Shown piece after piece: positions 19,995-29,148 of a DNA stretch of 64,000 nt. The stretch covers positions 111,642 to 175,641 of the forward strand of contig CAWDRG010000022.1 in assembly GCA_963804645.1 (NCBI GenBank), in the 5' to 3' direction. Both the position numbers and the translations under genes were made by a program. This DNA is from an uncultured Bacillota bacterium. Its GTDB lineage: Bacteria; Sysuimicrobiota; Sysuimicrobiia; Sysuimicrobiales; Segetimicrobiaceae. A model generated the notes under the pieces. The model was not told where the DNA came from. It searched no databases and worked only from the letters and a program-made list of their open reading frames with translations. The stretch's first letter is position 1. Every line of letters begins with the position of its first letter.

Positions 19995-20298
19995 TTGCGG
20001 AAGTCCCCATCCAGTGGCCCTGCTCGACACCGGTGCAGTACCAGTGTACCAGCAAATCGCCCCGACGGCGCTTCATCTGCGGCAACTTGGCCTCGCGCGC
20101 GCAACTGAGCCCTACCCCTGCCTCGACAGTCGGTCTCGCCGGGTGTGCCACAGTGCGCTGAAGGACGTCACGTACGAGCGAAGGAGAGAAGAGGCGGTTA
20201 CGAAGTAGGTCGACGATCGCCCGTTCCATGAACGCCCGACGCACCACCGACCCTCATTCGTCTTCAGCCCGTCCCCGAAATGGAATGCCGCCGGGCAG

Positions 20299-21801
20299 TT
20301 AGCACGAACGGGTATCCGGAGGTACCCGTCCCTGCGCGTTCTGCGCACCTCGCAGACAGCTCATTAGTGAGTCAAGCGTGCGGAGATGTTCGAGGTCATG
20401 AAGCACCAGCCCTATGAGCTGCGTCCGACCCTCCGCAGACAAGCGCCCACTGGTCATTTCTGTAAACTTGGCGATGAGGTCACCGTCCGTGAACTTCGCG
20501 TCGGGAGGGCCCCACATGTCGCCGTATGCAAAGTCCGTCCGGAGCACAAAGCTTCGCTGCCGGCTTCGAAGCTCGATTTCACATGGCGCCTTTTTGAATA
20601 CATCCGCAATCGAGGACCCCGTCCACGGACGATAGTGCACTTCCGTCCCAGGTGGATTTCCTTCTACCCGAACCTTGGCCATCAAACGCTGAATTTCCGG
20701 GTCTCGACTCAGTGACAGGTCCACCCACTTGGGGCCTGGAATAATGCCTCTAAGTGCCAGCGCAACGGCAAATACCCCGCTCATATGGACGGCTTCTTGC
20801 GTGTCGGGCGGACCACCCTCGTTCGGGCGGTCCAGTCCGGCAGGCCCGGAAAACCGCAGCACAATCTCATCGATTTGCGTCACAGAGAGGTGTTCGGCAT
20901 TTCGGAGCCTGGACAACAGCCACAGGTGTGGTCGATACAGATTGCATACCGGCTCTGGTTTATACGAGAGCCAGCGCATGCACTCCCACGTGTGCCCGAG
21001 ATCTTCTAGCAGATACTTGGGTTCAAATCGGTGGGTATTCCACAGCGCCGGTAACCCATTGGGATCGTCCAATACGCTTGTATCTCCCGTATACCCGCGG
21101 GCCGCGAGGAACGCCGCCGATACGCCGACCTGAGCTGTCCATCCCATTGGAGAATACTTGACCATGGAAAACGGACGAGTGCGTAACCATTTAAGCAGAC
21201 TGGGGCCGGGGCTAAGGTATGTTGCCAGTCCCACCGCCTGTGTCATGCGTCCTACGTCAAGTCGCAACAATCTTCCAACCCCAACGGCCACGCCGAGCGC
21301 CCCATATCCATACCCAAACACTGGCCCGATCGCATACCGCGTCTTCAACCCGTCATGTCCCTCAAGCAAGGGGGCCATCGCCATCGTGAGACGCGCCGCG
21401 ATCTCGTAACCGATCAAGACAGCCTCGACCACGGATCGACCACTGGCCTTGACGTACTCCCCCGCCGCGAGAATGCCTGCGAGCACGCTTGGAACATGGT
21501 GTGCAACGTTCAAAAATACGGCGTCTCCGTCTAGCGCGTTGGCAAGTTCCGCATTGGCAAACGCTGCGCGGTCGACAGCGGTTTGAGACGTCATCCCAAC
21601 CACGGTCGCCTGCGGGGCTCCGGACATATCCTCTACGAATCCTGCAGCCAACCGCCCCTTTTCCGTCGCCCACCCACCGACCATGCACCCCAGGGTATCG
21701 AGAATGAGTCGTTTGACCTCGTAAACCAAGGCGTCCGATAGTCCAAGTTCCTGCTCAAGTGATCTGGCAGCAATCGTCTGTATTAGGTTCACCATATGCA
21801 C
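20299..21801 (-). CDS. MmgE/PrpD family protein
   Basis: VKRLILDTLGC..GG, AAFANAELANALDGD, IGYEIAARL, AARGYTG, YKPEPVC. Confidence 0.85.
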   Translation of the reverse strand: MHMVNLIQTIAARSLEQELGLSDALVYEVKRLILDTLGCMVGGWATEKGRLAAGFVEDMSGAPQATVVGMTSQTAVDRAAFANAELANALDGDAVFLNVAHHVPSVLAGILAAGEYVKASGRSVVEAVLIGYEIAARLTMAMAPLLEGHDGLKTRYAIGPVFGYGYGALGVAVGVGRLLRLDVGRMTQAVGLATYLSPGPSLLKWLRTRPFSMVKYSPMGWTAQVGVSAAFLAARGYTGDTSVLDDPNGLPALWNTHRFEPKYLLEDLGHTWECMRWLSYKPEPVCNLYRPHLWLLSRLRNAEHLSVTQIDEIVLRFSGPAGLDRPNEGGPPDTQEAVHMSGVFAVALALRGIIPGPKWVDLSLSRDPEIQRLMAKVRVEGNPPGTEVHYRPWTGSSIADVFKKAPCEIELRSRQRSFVLRTDFAYGDMWGPPDAKFTDGDLIAKFTEMTSGRLSAEGRTQLIGLVLHDLEHLRTLDSLMSCLRGAQNAQGRVPPDTRSC

Positions 21802-21860
21802 ACCTCGTGGTTCGATAAGCCCGGCGTCACGGGCTCCGACGATAGAGTGCAGATCTTAGC

Positions 21861-22015
21861 TTATCGCGCACGCGGATCAAGGGAGTCACGAAGTGCGTCC
21901 CCGAACGAGGCGACCACGACAACTATCAGGGGTAGAAAGATTCCCGGCATCGTCGAAATCCACCGTACGCTATCCAAGGAGTTGCGGCCCTGACTAATTG
22001 TGACTCCCAGTGAAG
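21861..22015 (-). pseudogene. Peptide ABC permease (DppC-like) C-terminal fragment
   Basis: PSLGVTISQGR....WISTMPG....GDALRDSLDPR. Confidence 0.7.
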
Positions 22016-22252
22016 GGGTCGATGAAGCGGATTTGCGGGGATGAGCTCGTAGTCGACCGCGGCGGACGATCAGAAAGGCGACCAGGTTCAGGATCGTCTG
22101 CTCGGATAGGATTGGCCGGTCGAGATTCGGATTCTCCCACGTAGTAGACAGCGACGCGAACATGCTGCAATGCGCTTGTCCTCCCGGCTGGTCACGGTGC
22201 GTCCTCGTCTCGCGGCTAACTCGTCCGCACCTCCACGCTCGTCGACCGGGTT

Positions 22253-23140
22253 CTATGCTCGCTCTGCGCTCGGGGTACCGGTCCGAGGCCGGCGGACCAG
22301 AGCGCCGCCCGCAGGCCACAGCGCGTCGCGCAGTTCGGGGCGCTGCCATTGGGTCAGCACCCCAGCCTTGGCGCCATTGCGCCGCTGCGAGTCCACCCGG
22401 TCATCCTGGGCGCGCAGGTCGCGGATGCGGTCCAGGCCAATCTCTACGAGAAACAGGCCCGGCTGCGTGGTCTCAAAGATAATCTCCTCGGGGGCGGCGA
22501 CCATTGCCAGTCCCCGTTGCTCCCGTCCAAAAAGGTTCTGGGTCGTTGCCACGATGGCCAGGTTTTCGATTGCGCGCGCCCAGATGAGACAGCGCCACGA
22601 GGCCCACAGCTGCTGCTTATCGGTCCCCGCCGGTAGGAAAATCATTTCAGCGCCCCGCAGCGCCAAGGCGCGGCTGACTTCCGGCATATACACCTCGCTG
22701 CACATGGCGAGGCCGATCGTCCCGTACTCGGTATCGAACACCGGGAATTCGTCCGCGGCGACGTAGTCGAAATCCCAATCGGTCCCGCCACGGTAGATCC
22801 AGGGTCCGGGCGGATAGGTCCGCCGGTATCGCCCCGGCGACCCGCCGGTCGGGCGCGCCAACAAGAGCACGTTGTACGCCCGTCGCGTGCCGTCGTTAAA
22901 CGGCTCGAGCGTTCCGAACACGACATACACGCCGTAGCGCGCGGCGGCCTCTGTCATCTGCGGTATCGGATCAAACAGCGTCGGCACCCGCCACGGCCCG
23001 GGGTAGGTCTCCGGAAACAAGACAACCTGGGCGCCCTGTTGCGCCGCTGTCTCGATGTGCCGCACAGCGGCCGCCACGTTGCGTTCGTCGTTCGGTGGCC
23101 GGTGCGCTAGTGGCTGTACTATCGCAAGCGTGCAATTCAT
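22253..23140 (-). CDS. Carbon-nitrogen hydrolase family protein
   Basis: LFPETYPG, YRRT, MCSEVYMPE, ARAIEN. Confidence 0.85.
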   Translation of the reverse strand: MNCTLAIVQPLAHRPPNDERNVAAAVRHIETAAQQGAQVVLFPETYPGPWRVPTLFDPIPQMTEAAARYGVYVVFGTLEPFNDGTRRAYNVLLLARPTGGSPGRYRRTYPPGPWIYRGGTDWDFDYVAADEFPVFDTEYGTIGLAMCSEVYMPEVSRALALRGAEMIFLPAGTDKQQLWASWRCLIWARAIENLAIVATTQNLFGREQRGLAMVAAPEEIIFETTQPGLFLVEIGLDRIRDLRAQDDRVDSQRRNGAKAGVLTQWQRPELRDALWPAGGALVRRPRTGTPSAERA

Positions 23141-23895
23141 CCCGTCACTCCACGCAAAGCAGCTTGGCTACCCAACGCCTTGGCTTCTGTATCTGGGCCG
23201 AGCCTGGGGTTCCGGACGAACGTCAGCGGCACCCCCATGTTCCCGCAGTCGATTCCGCACCACGCACTGAGTGGTGATGGTCGCGGTCCGCGTACCGGTC
23301 GGGGTCGTTGACAGCTCCCCGTGCGGGAGACGCGTCTGGGCCACGGAACGCCGCCCCCAGCGGTCGTAGGGCACGGGTTCGTCCTGGGGGTGGGGATTCC
23401 TCCCGGCCGGACGCCTTCCGTCAGTACGCCGCCTCCAGGGCCCGTGTGGCGGCTCTGGAGTTCCGCTTGATCGCGCGGACCCACTCGTAGATCGCGTTGC
23501 GGAATCTCCACCGAGGCTCATGGAGCTCCATGTCCACCGCCAACCCATGCGTTCGGCGTCGCGGTCTGCATGGCGGCGCGCTGGATGCTCTGCAGCCCGT
23601 ATCAAGAAGCGAGGATGGCCGAATGACCGGCGCGGGCATGGACAGAAGTGAAGCGCCAGTGCTGCCAGTCCGCTGACGCGTTGCGCATGTCCCCGGGGAT
23701 GGGATCCAGCGCGGAAGCCACCTCCCCAACGCACGGTCATCCCAAGAACCGTGGAAGGCACCGGTCGAGGTCTGAGCACGCCGGTTCTATCATGAACCCG
23801 TGGGAATGCCGGCCGACACGCTTTCACAGGTCGCGTTGTCCGTCAATATCCTGACGCCCATTGGGCACGCCGGGCCAAGACGAAGTGCGGGGAGG

Positions 23896-23943
23896 CGGTT
23901 CGAATTCTTTGCGCTGGTGGAGGCGGCGGGAATCGAACCCGCG
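23896..23943 (-). repeat. Perfect tmRNA 3'-end copy (23915-23943) with adjacent att arm (23896-23911)
   Basis: 29/29 identity to 39623-39651, preceded by CGGTTCGAATTCTTTG-CGC. Confidence 0.92.
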
Positions 23944-23948
23944 GCCAG

Positions 23949-23985
23949 TTGACATCATGATGCCGATCACGATAGCATCATGATG
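23949..23985 (+). promoter_or_regulatory. vapBC promoter with twin palindromic operators
   Basis: TTGACA-N18-TAGCAT; CATCATGATG at 23953-23962 and 23976-23985; GTG start 7 nt after the -10 with no RBS. Confidence 0.8.
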
Positions 23986-24230
23986 TGCGAACGACACTTA
24001 CGCTAGACGATGACGTTGCGGTCAGGGTCAAGGCCGAGGCCCGAAAGTCAGGCCGTTCTTTCAAGGAGGTCGTGAACAGTCTCCTCCGTCTCGGGCTGAC
24101 AAAGAAGCATGAGAGCGGCACGATCGACCGTTTCGTCGTGCGAACCCGGCCACTCGGCCGCAGACCGGGACTCAACTACGACAAGATCAGTGAACTGATC
24201 GAGCATGTCGAAGGACCTCTCCATCGATGA
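23985..24230 (+). CDS. vapB: VapB/CopG-type antitoxin
   Basis: MRTTLTLDDDVA......A...GRSFKEVVN..LR.GL; ATGA overlap with vapC. Confidence 0.88.
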   Translation: MRTTLTLDDDVAVRVKAEARKSGRSFKEVVNSLLRLGLTKKHESGTIDRFVVRTRPLGRRPGLNYDKISELIEHVEGPLHR

Positions 24231-24658
24231 TTCTGATCGATGCCAACGTCCTCTTGTACGCGTATAACCCGTCTGCGCAACAACACGGACGCGCGCGGGA
24301 CTGGCTGCAGGACACGCTGAGCAAGCCTGAGCCTACGGGCCTCGCCTGGATCACGATCCTGGCGTTCCTTCGGTTGACAACAAACCCGCGAGTTTTTGAG
24401 ACCCCGTTCCTTCCAGAGGAAGCTATTCCACTCGTTTCATCGTGGCTTGCGAGAACGAACGTCATCGTATTGCAGCCAGGTGAGCATCACTGGCAGATTT
24501 TTGCCAATCTCCTCACGGCTACGCGCGCGCGCGGCGCGCTCGTGATGGATGCGCATCTCGCCGCACTTGCAATAGAGCACGGCGCCAGCCTCGGAACGAC
24601 AGACAACGATTTTGCGCGGTTTCCAGGTCTTCGTGTGATCAACCCGCTAGAAGAGTAG
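24227..24658 (+). CDS. vapC: VapC PIN-domain toxin
   Basis: MILIDANVLLYA, FLRLTTNPRVF, DAHLAALAIEHG, TTDNDFARFPGL..INPL. Confidence 0.92.
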   Translation: MILIDANVLLYAYNPSAQQHGRARDWLQDTLSKPEPTGLAWITILAFLRLTTNPRVFETPFLPEEAIPLVSSWLARTNVIVLQPGEHHWQIFANLLTATRARGALVMDAHLAALAIEHGASLGTTDNDFARFPGLRVINPLEE

Positions 24659-24691
24659 CCCGTCCGCGGTAGGATGGTAAACTTGACTTCT

Positions 24692-24719
24692 TGGTGGAGG
24701 CGGCGGGAATCGAACCCGC
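24692..24719 (-). repeat. tmRNA 3'-end copy
   Basis: 28 consecutive identities to 39623-39650. Confidence 0.92.
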
Positions 24720-24800
24720 CGTCTTTCTGGACCGCCGTATCCGAGGCGTTTTCAGGAGAGAGCCGGTTTGCCGCACACGATGAGCAGTCGCGCGCACCGA

Positions 24801-25340
24801 TCATACGCCCGGCGCCTTGTCTTTGGGGAACTCCTCGCGGCGCCAGACGAACCCGAGGTAGTCCAAGTTCTGTGCTTCGACGCCAAGTTGTCGCAACATC
24901 GCCATCACCTGCGCGCGGTGGTGCGTTTCGTGTAGGAGCATCTGAGTCGCGAGGTCAGCCTTGGTCATGGTCCACACGATGACCATGTCGCCTTCCTCGA
25001 TGCGGCGAGTCACGGTCCGGGTCCAGTCAGAGATTCCAGCCAGCGTCGCCCGTGTTTCTCTAGCCTGCGTCGTCCAAAATCTCTCGAGATCGGCAAACGT
25101 CGGCAAATTCGTCTCACTAACGGGGAAGGTTGCGGGCAGCGGCGGAGCCGGCACCGGTTCTTCGCGCAACCGCTTTCCGTAGACCAGTTCTGCCCTGACG
25201 ATCTCAAGCAACGTGGCGCGTAGCGTGCCGAGCCCGAACGGAAACCGCTGCGTATACTGCGCCTGGCTAAGTGGGCGGACCCAATTGAAGAGCCGTTGGC
25301 GGGCTTGCGTCAACACGTCGTACACACGAGGGTATTCCAC
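24801..25340 (-). CDS. DinB family protein
   Basis: GTLRATLLEI..AE, QMLLHETHHRAQVMAMLRQLG; GGAGGT RBS before GTG 25340. Confidence 0.85.
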   Translation of the reverse strand: MEYPRVYDVLTQARQRLFNWVRPLSQAQYTQRFPFGLGTLRATLLEIVRAELVYGKRLREEPVPAPPLPATFPVSETNLPTFADLERFWTTQARETRATLAGISDWTRTVTRRIEEGDMVIVWTMTKADLATQMLLHETHHRAQVMAMLRQLGVEAQNLDYLGFVWRREEFPKDKAPGV

Positions 25341-25556
25341 GGCGTCACCTCCGTAGCCCGATACTTCTTTCACCTGCGCGGCCTCGGAAACCTATGACGC
25401 CCCTGCGTTTGAGACGTCCCACAAGGGCGAGAGCGCGCTTGCGATTCATTCCTTTTAGCAACATGCGCGCCGCGTCGGGATCGTACCAAGGATAACGCCC
25501 CCATTCTTCGAACAAACGAACCACGATTCGTTCGACATCCGCGAGGAGAACAGAGC

Positions 25557-26297
25557 ATGAAATGGCCGCTGTGGCTGAAACGGGCGACCATGGCCCTTGT
25601 GTGTGGAGGCGGGGTGTTTCTAGGGGCAGGCGCGGCACAGGCCATCCCGGTGACCTTGACCGGAACCGCGTGGCTTAACCAACCCGCCTCAGTGTCCATG
25701 AATGCGTCGCTTCCCACTCCCGCCTTCCCGCCGGATCTGACGTTTACGGTGACAACGAGCAACGATCTCTTCTTCAGCTCGTGCTTGACTCTTTCGCCCA
25801 GTGGGGTATGTACGGCGCCGACGAATGCGTATACCGTCGGCACTTGGTTGAACACCCCGCCCGTCGTCGGTACGCAGGTCCTCGGGAGCTTTGCTAGCCC
25901 CAGCGGGTTGGGCGTCGCGAACGCCCTGGCCAATACCGTGGACAACTCGTACTGGGACTTTCAGGGGATCGTAAACGTGACGAGCGGCGAGGTGTTCACG
26001 GTGACCCACGACGACGGCGCGACCTTCCTCGTCAATGGCGTTGCTATCCCAGGCATCAGCCCGAACCCGACGGGACCAATCCAGGACATCATCACGTATA
26101 CTGGCCCGACCCTCGCCAACGCGTTGTTCGAGATGGTCTACAGTGAGTGCTGCACCGCTCCGGCGGTATTCGAAACCGACTTCCCTACCTGTGGGTGTAT
26201 CATCACTCCAGTTCCTGAACCCGGCAGTCTGGCGTTGCTCGGCACCGGCGCCTTTGGGCTCATCGCATTCGCCCGGAGACGTTTCCGAGTACTGTAG
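25557..26297 (+). CDS. PEP-CTERM sorting-domain surface protein
   Basis: Signal peptide; Thr/Pro-rich body with THDDG; C-terminal VPEPGSLALLG-TM-RRR. Confidence 0.88.
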   Translation: MKWPLWLKRATMALVCGGGVFLGAGAAQAIPVTLTGTAWLNQPASVSMNASLPTPAFPPDLTFTVTTSNDLFFSSCLTLSPSGVCTAPTNAYTVGTWLNTPPVVGTQVLGSFASPSGLGVANALANTVDNSYWDFQGIVNVTSGEVFTVTHDDGATFLVNGVAIPGISPNPTGPIQDIITYTGPTLANALFEMVYSECCTAPAVFETDFPTCGCIITPVPEPGSLALLGTGAFGLIAFARRRFRVL

Positions 26298-26416
26298 TCG
26301 CCAGAAGTGGTCGCTGAGATGGGTCGCCGCACGTGACGTTCTTCTCCCCGGCGATCAGCGGCGAGGACTATTCTGTTACCCGTCAGTATACGCTCCAATC
26401 GTATTGCTCTTCGTCG

Positions 26417-26770
26417 TCAGTTACTGTCGGTCTCCTTTTGATGTGAACCGGACGCGGCCTCCTCGAGGTCTTCAAACTGCGTGATCTCGTAGTCTCCCTC
26501 AGGGAACTCCGCGATGATTCGCAATCGACCATGCATGGCTTCCACATAACTGCGAAGGGTGCTGATATAGGCGTCGGTGCGATGTTCTAACTTCGAGATT
26601 TCACCTTGCGAGGTATTCATATCCTTTGCGAGTGTTTGCTGCGAGAGTGTACGCGCACGCCGCAACTCTTGAAGAGGCATGGCGGCGAGAATAGCCTCTG
26701 CACGCTCCTTTGCGCGAACCTGGCGATCTAGCGGCATTTTCCCACGTAGACGAGCGAACTTTTTAGCCAT
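26417..26770 (-). CDS. XRE-family antitoxin (HigA-like)
   Basis: LQELRRARTLSQQTLA....SQGEISKLEHRTD.YISTLRSYVEAM.G. Confidence 0.88.
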   Translation of the reverse strand: MAKKFARLRGKMPLDRQVRAKERAEAILAAMPLQELRRARTLSQQTLAKDMNTSQGEISKLEHRTDAYISTLRSYVEAMHGRLRIIAEFPEGDYEITQFEDLEEAASGSHQKETDSN

Positions 26771-27140
26771 GTCGCTGCTCCTCTCGGCCTATCTCCGCTA
26801 AGTGTTCATCATAAAGACGATCGGCGACTGGGATATACGAGCTGTAAAACTCTTCATCTGTAAACCCCTTCTTGTCGGCCCCGATAAACAAGATCGCAGT
26901 CCGACGTGGATCGAAAGCGTACAGGATTCGAATGGGATGTCCCCGGCTCTGAACGATGCGCTCGCGCATGTTCCGATGCCGGGAGCTTTTGACAGTATCC
27001 GCGTGAGGCCGCATCAATGCCGGACCACGAGCCTCAAGCAAGTGTACAAACACGTCAATGTCCTCTTGAGTCTCGGCATCTAAAGTGGTCCACCACTCTT
27101 CAAACTGGTCTGTGTATTCGACCTCCCACGGACCGACCAT
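26763..27140 (-). CDS. RelE/ParE (HigB/Gp49-like) toxin
   Basis: WEVEYTDQFEEWW, GPALMRPHADTVKSSRHRNM, RILYAFDPRRTAIL; toxin-first order; start trimmed to ATG 27140. Confidence 0.88.
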   Translation of the reverse strand: MVGPWEVEYTDQFEEWWTTLDAETQEDIDVFVHLLEARGPALMRPHADTVKSSRHRNMRERIVQSRGHPIRILYAFDPRRTAILFIGADKKGFTDEEFYSSYIPVADRLYDEHLAEIGREEQRHG

Positions 27141-27371
27141 GGCTGAAGTATAGGGGGGGGAGGGAATTATTCTGTCAAGCCTATGTCGCGGTGGTGCGAG
27201 GCGGGACCAAGGAGCCCCCACCCTAGCCCTTGTGGAATAAGGCTTAGCGATGCCTCGCGGTACGTGGGCGTGGGGGGGACCGCACGAACGCGGGAAGCAC
27301 CGCACAGTGCGGGCACCGGCATCAACGTTCAGCCCACCGCAGCGTCGTGCAGTCGGATGCAGCCGAGTACG

Positions 27372-27400
27372 TGGTGGAGGCGGCGCTAATCGAACCCGCG
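27372..27400 (-). repeat. tmRNA 3'-end copy
   Basis: 27/29 identity (GG to CT change in the T-stem). Confidence 0.88.
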
Positions 27401-27489
27401 GCCTGTGCTCCTCTTCGACACTTTGCCAGCGGATCTCGATGCGGACCCGCGTCGGGCCAATATTGTACGTGGCAAGCGGGCGCTGATGA

Positions 27490-27513
27490 GTATATACTAA
27501 GTGTGTATACAAT
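27490..27513 (+). promoter_or_regulatory. Displaced promoter/operator of vapBC at 28918
   Basis: GTATATAC and GTGTATAC boxes with TATACT/TACAAT; would sit about 30 nt before vapB if the IS were removed. Confidence 0.65.
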
Positions 27514-27532
27514 GTCATTGGTGTCGGAGGAA

Positions 27533-28901
27533 GAGCTCTAGTCAAGAGATGTGGAAATTGCATCAAGCGGCGCCCTTCCTTTTCTTCGCTGACTCGAGCG
27601 CTTCCACGCCATTGACGAACTGAACGCCCTCGAGCACCTTGGCCACCAAGTGCGGTGCGTCGATTCGTCGCCACCGCTGCTCTGCACGGCGGATAAGTTG
27701 GAAGACGAGGTACAATCCAGTCTGCGCCTTACGCATGCGGCGTGTCGCGCGCGTGCGCAGTCGCACCGGATCAAAGACCGACTCGATCGGATTGGACGTC
27801 CGAAGACTCTTCCAGTGCTCCCGCGGGAACTCATAGTACGTGAGCAGCTCGGCCTGATGATCCCGGAGGGAAGCCACCGCACGCGGGTAATCTCGCTCGA
27901 AGCGGAGCGCGAATTTCGTGATCCGGGCTTCGGCCTCGTCCCGCGTGGGCGCGGTGTAGACGTCCCGCACGAGCGTGCGGGCCTCCGGCTGCAGGCGCTG
28001 CGGTAGCTTATCGAGCACGTTGAGCATCTTGTGACACCAGCAGAGTTGATGCCGCGCCGTCGGATACACCTCCCCGACCGCCGCCCAGAGTCCCAGGCCG
28101 CCATCCCCAATGAACACGCGCACGGTTTTGAGGCCACGCCGGCGCAGATCCCGCAACACATCGCGCCAGCTCTCGCGAGACTCGCGATAGCCTTCGACCA
28201 TTGCCAGGAGCTCTTTCTGGCCGTCCTCCGTCACGCCGATGATGATCAGCACGGCCGTCTTCTCGTCGGCCGGCCCGGCTTTCAAGTAGAGCCCGTCGGC
28301 CCAACAATAAACGTAGCGCGCGTCGAGGCGTCGGTGGGTCCACGTCTCATAGTCCGCCTGCCAGCTGGCTTTCAAGCGGACGATCGACGTCGGACTCAGG
28401 GGCGCGGCCTCTCCCAGAACCGTGCGGAGGGCCGGCTCAAAGTCGCCGGTGGCCAGTCCTTGCAGATAGAGCTCGGGTAACAGGGCGCGGACGGCGTCGC
28501 TCGAGCGCTGATACCGCGGCAGCACGTGGGAGTGAAACGCTTCCGTGGTGTCGCTGACCCGTGGGGGCCGAACCTCGAGCGTCCCGCAACCCACCGCGAT
28601 CTTGCGCGGCTTCCCGGCGCCATTCCGGTACCCGCGCCGCCGTGCCCCGCCGCGCTCATAGCGAGCCCGGCCGAGGAATTCCTCCACTTCTTGCTCTAAC
28701 GCGCCCGCCAGCATGCGCTGCGCGCCCTCACGCGCGAGGACGTCCAACGTCGCGCGTACTTCCTCCTTGTCCAACCCCCCTTGTGGCTGATATCCTGGCA
28801 TTGGCGTACTCCTTTCCCCTCCCCAGCAAGGGAGGTTCCGATGTGGGTGGATCTCGGAAAGGGTACGCCACTTGAATTTCCACACCCTTTGACATTAGCT
28901 C
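27533..28901 (-). mobile_element. IS256-family insertion sequence (copy A)
   Basis: Imperfect 27-bp IRs (GAGCT...GTCAA...TGTGGAAATT); 8-bp TSD CGGAGGAA. Confidence 0.93.
27563..28801 (-). CDS. IS256 transposase
   Basis: YRNG, LPELYLQGLATGDF, WADG.Y.K, GDG.LGLW, LRTSNPIES. Confidence 0.93.
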   Translation of the reverse strand: MPGYQPQGGLDKEEVRATLDVLAREGAQRMLAGALEQEVEEFLGRARYERGGARRRGYRNGAGKPRKIAVGCGTLEVRPPRVSDTTEAFHSHVLPRYQRSSDAVRALLPELYLQGLATGDFEPALRTVLGEAAPLSPTSIVRLKASWQADYETWTHRRLDARYVYCWADGLYLKAGPADEKTAVLIIIGVTEDGQKELLAMVEGYRESRESWRDVLRDLRRRGLKTVRVFIGDGGLGLWAAVGEVYPTARHQLCWCHKMLNVLDKLPQRLQPEARTLVRDVYTAPTRDEAEARITKFALRFERDYPRAVASLRDHQAELLTYYEFPREHWKSLRTSNPIESVFDPVRLRTRATRRMRKAQTGLYLVFQLIRRAEQRWRRIDAPHLVAKVLEGVQFVNGVEALESAKKRKGAA

Positions 28902-28917
28902 CGGAGGAAATCCTGGA

Positions 28918-29148
28918 ATGGCCAAGACACGGGTATTCCAGAGTGGAAATTCGCAGGCCGTACGTCTCCCAAAGCAATTCCAGTTTGACGTAGATGAAGT
29001 CGAGATCTTCCGGCGAGGCGATGAAGTTGTTCTCCGGAAGGTTCCTGACAATCTGACCGGGGCGTTCACCCTGCTCACAGGTCTGTCCAGAGACTTCATG
29101 GCCGGTGGCCGGAGTCAGCCATCTACTCAGAAGCGCCGCGGTCTCTGA
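28918..29148 (+). CDS. vapB: AbrB/SpoVT-type VapB antitoxin
   Basis: TRVFQSGNSQAVRLPKQFQF. Confidence 0.92.
   Translation: MAKTRVFQSGNSQAVRLPKQFQFDVDEVEIFRRGDEVVLRKVPDNLTGAFTLLTGLSRDFMAGGRSQPSTQKRRGL

Noticed and set aside
23137..23830. ORFs between the nitrilase and the att arm as the missing recombinase
   Set aside because: No serine-recombinase catalytic motif or tyrosine R-H-R-Y motif; they appear to be unassignable fragments.
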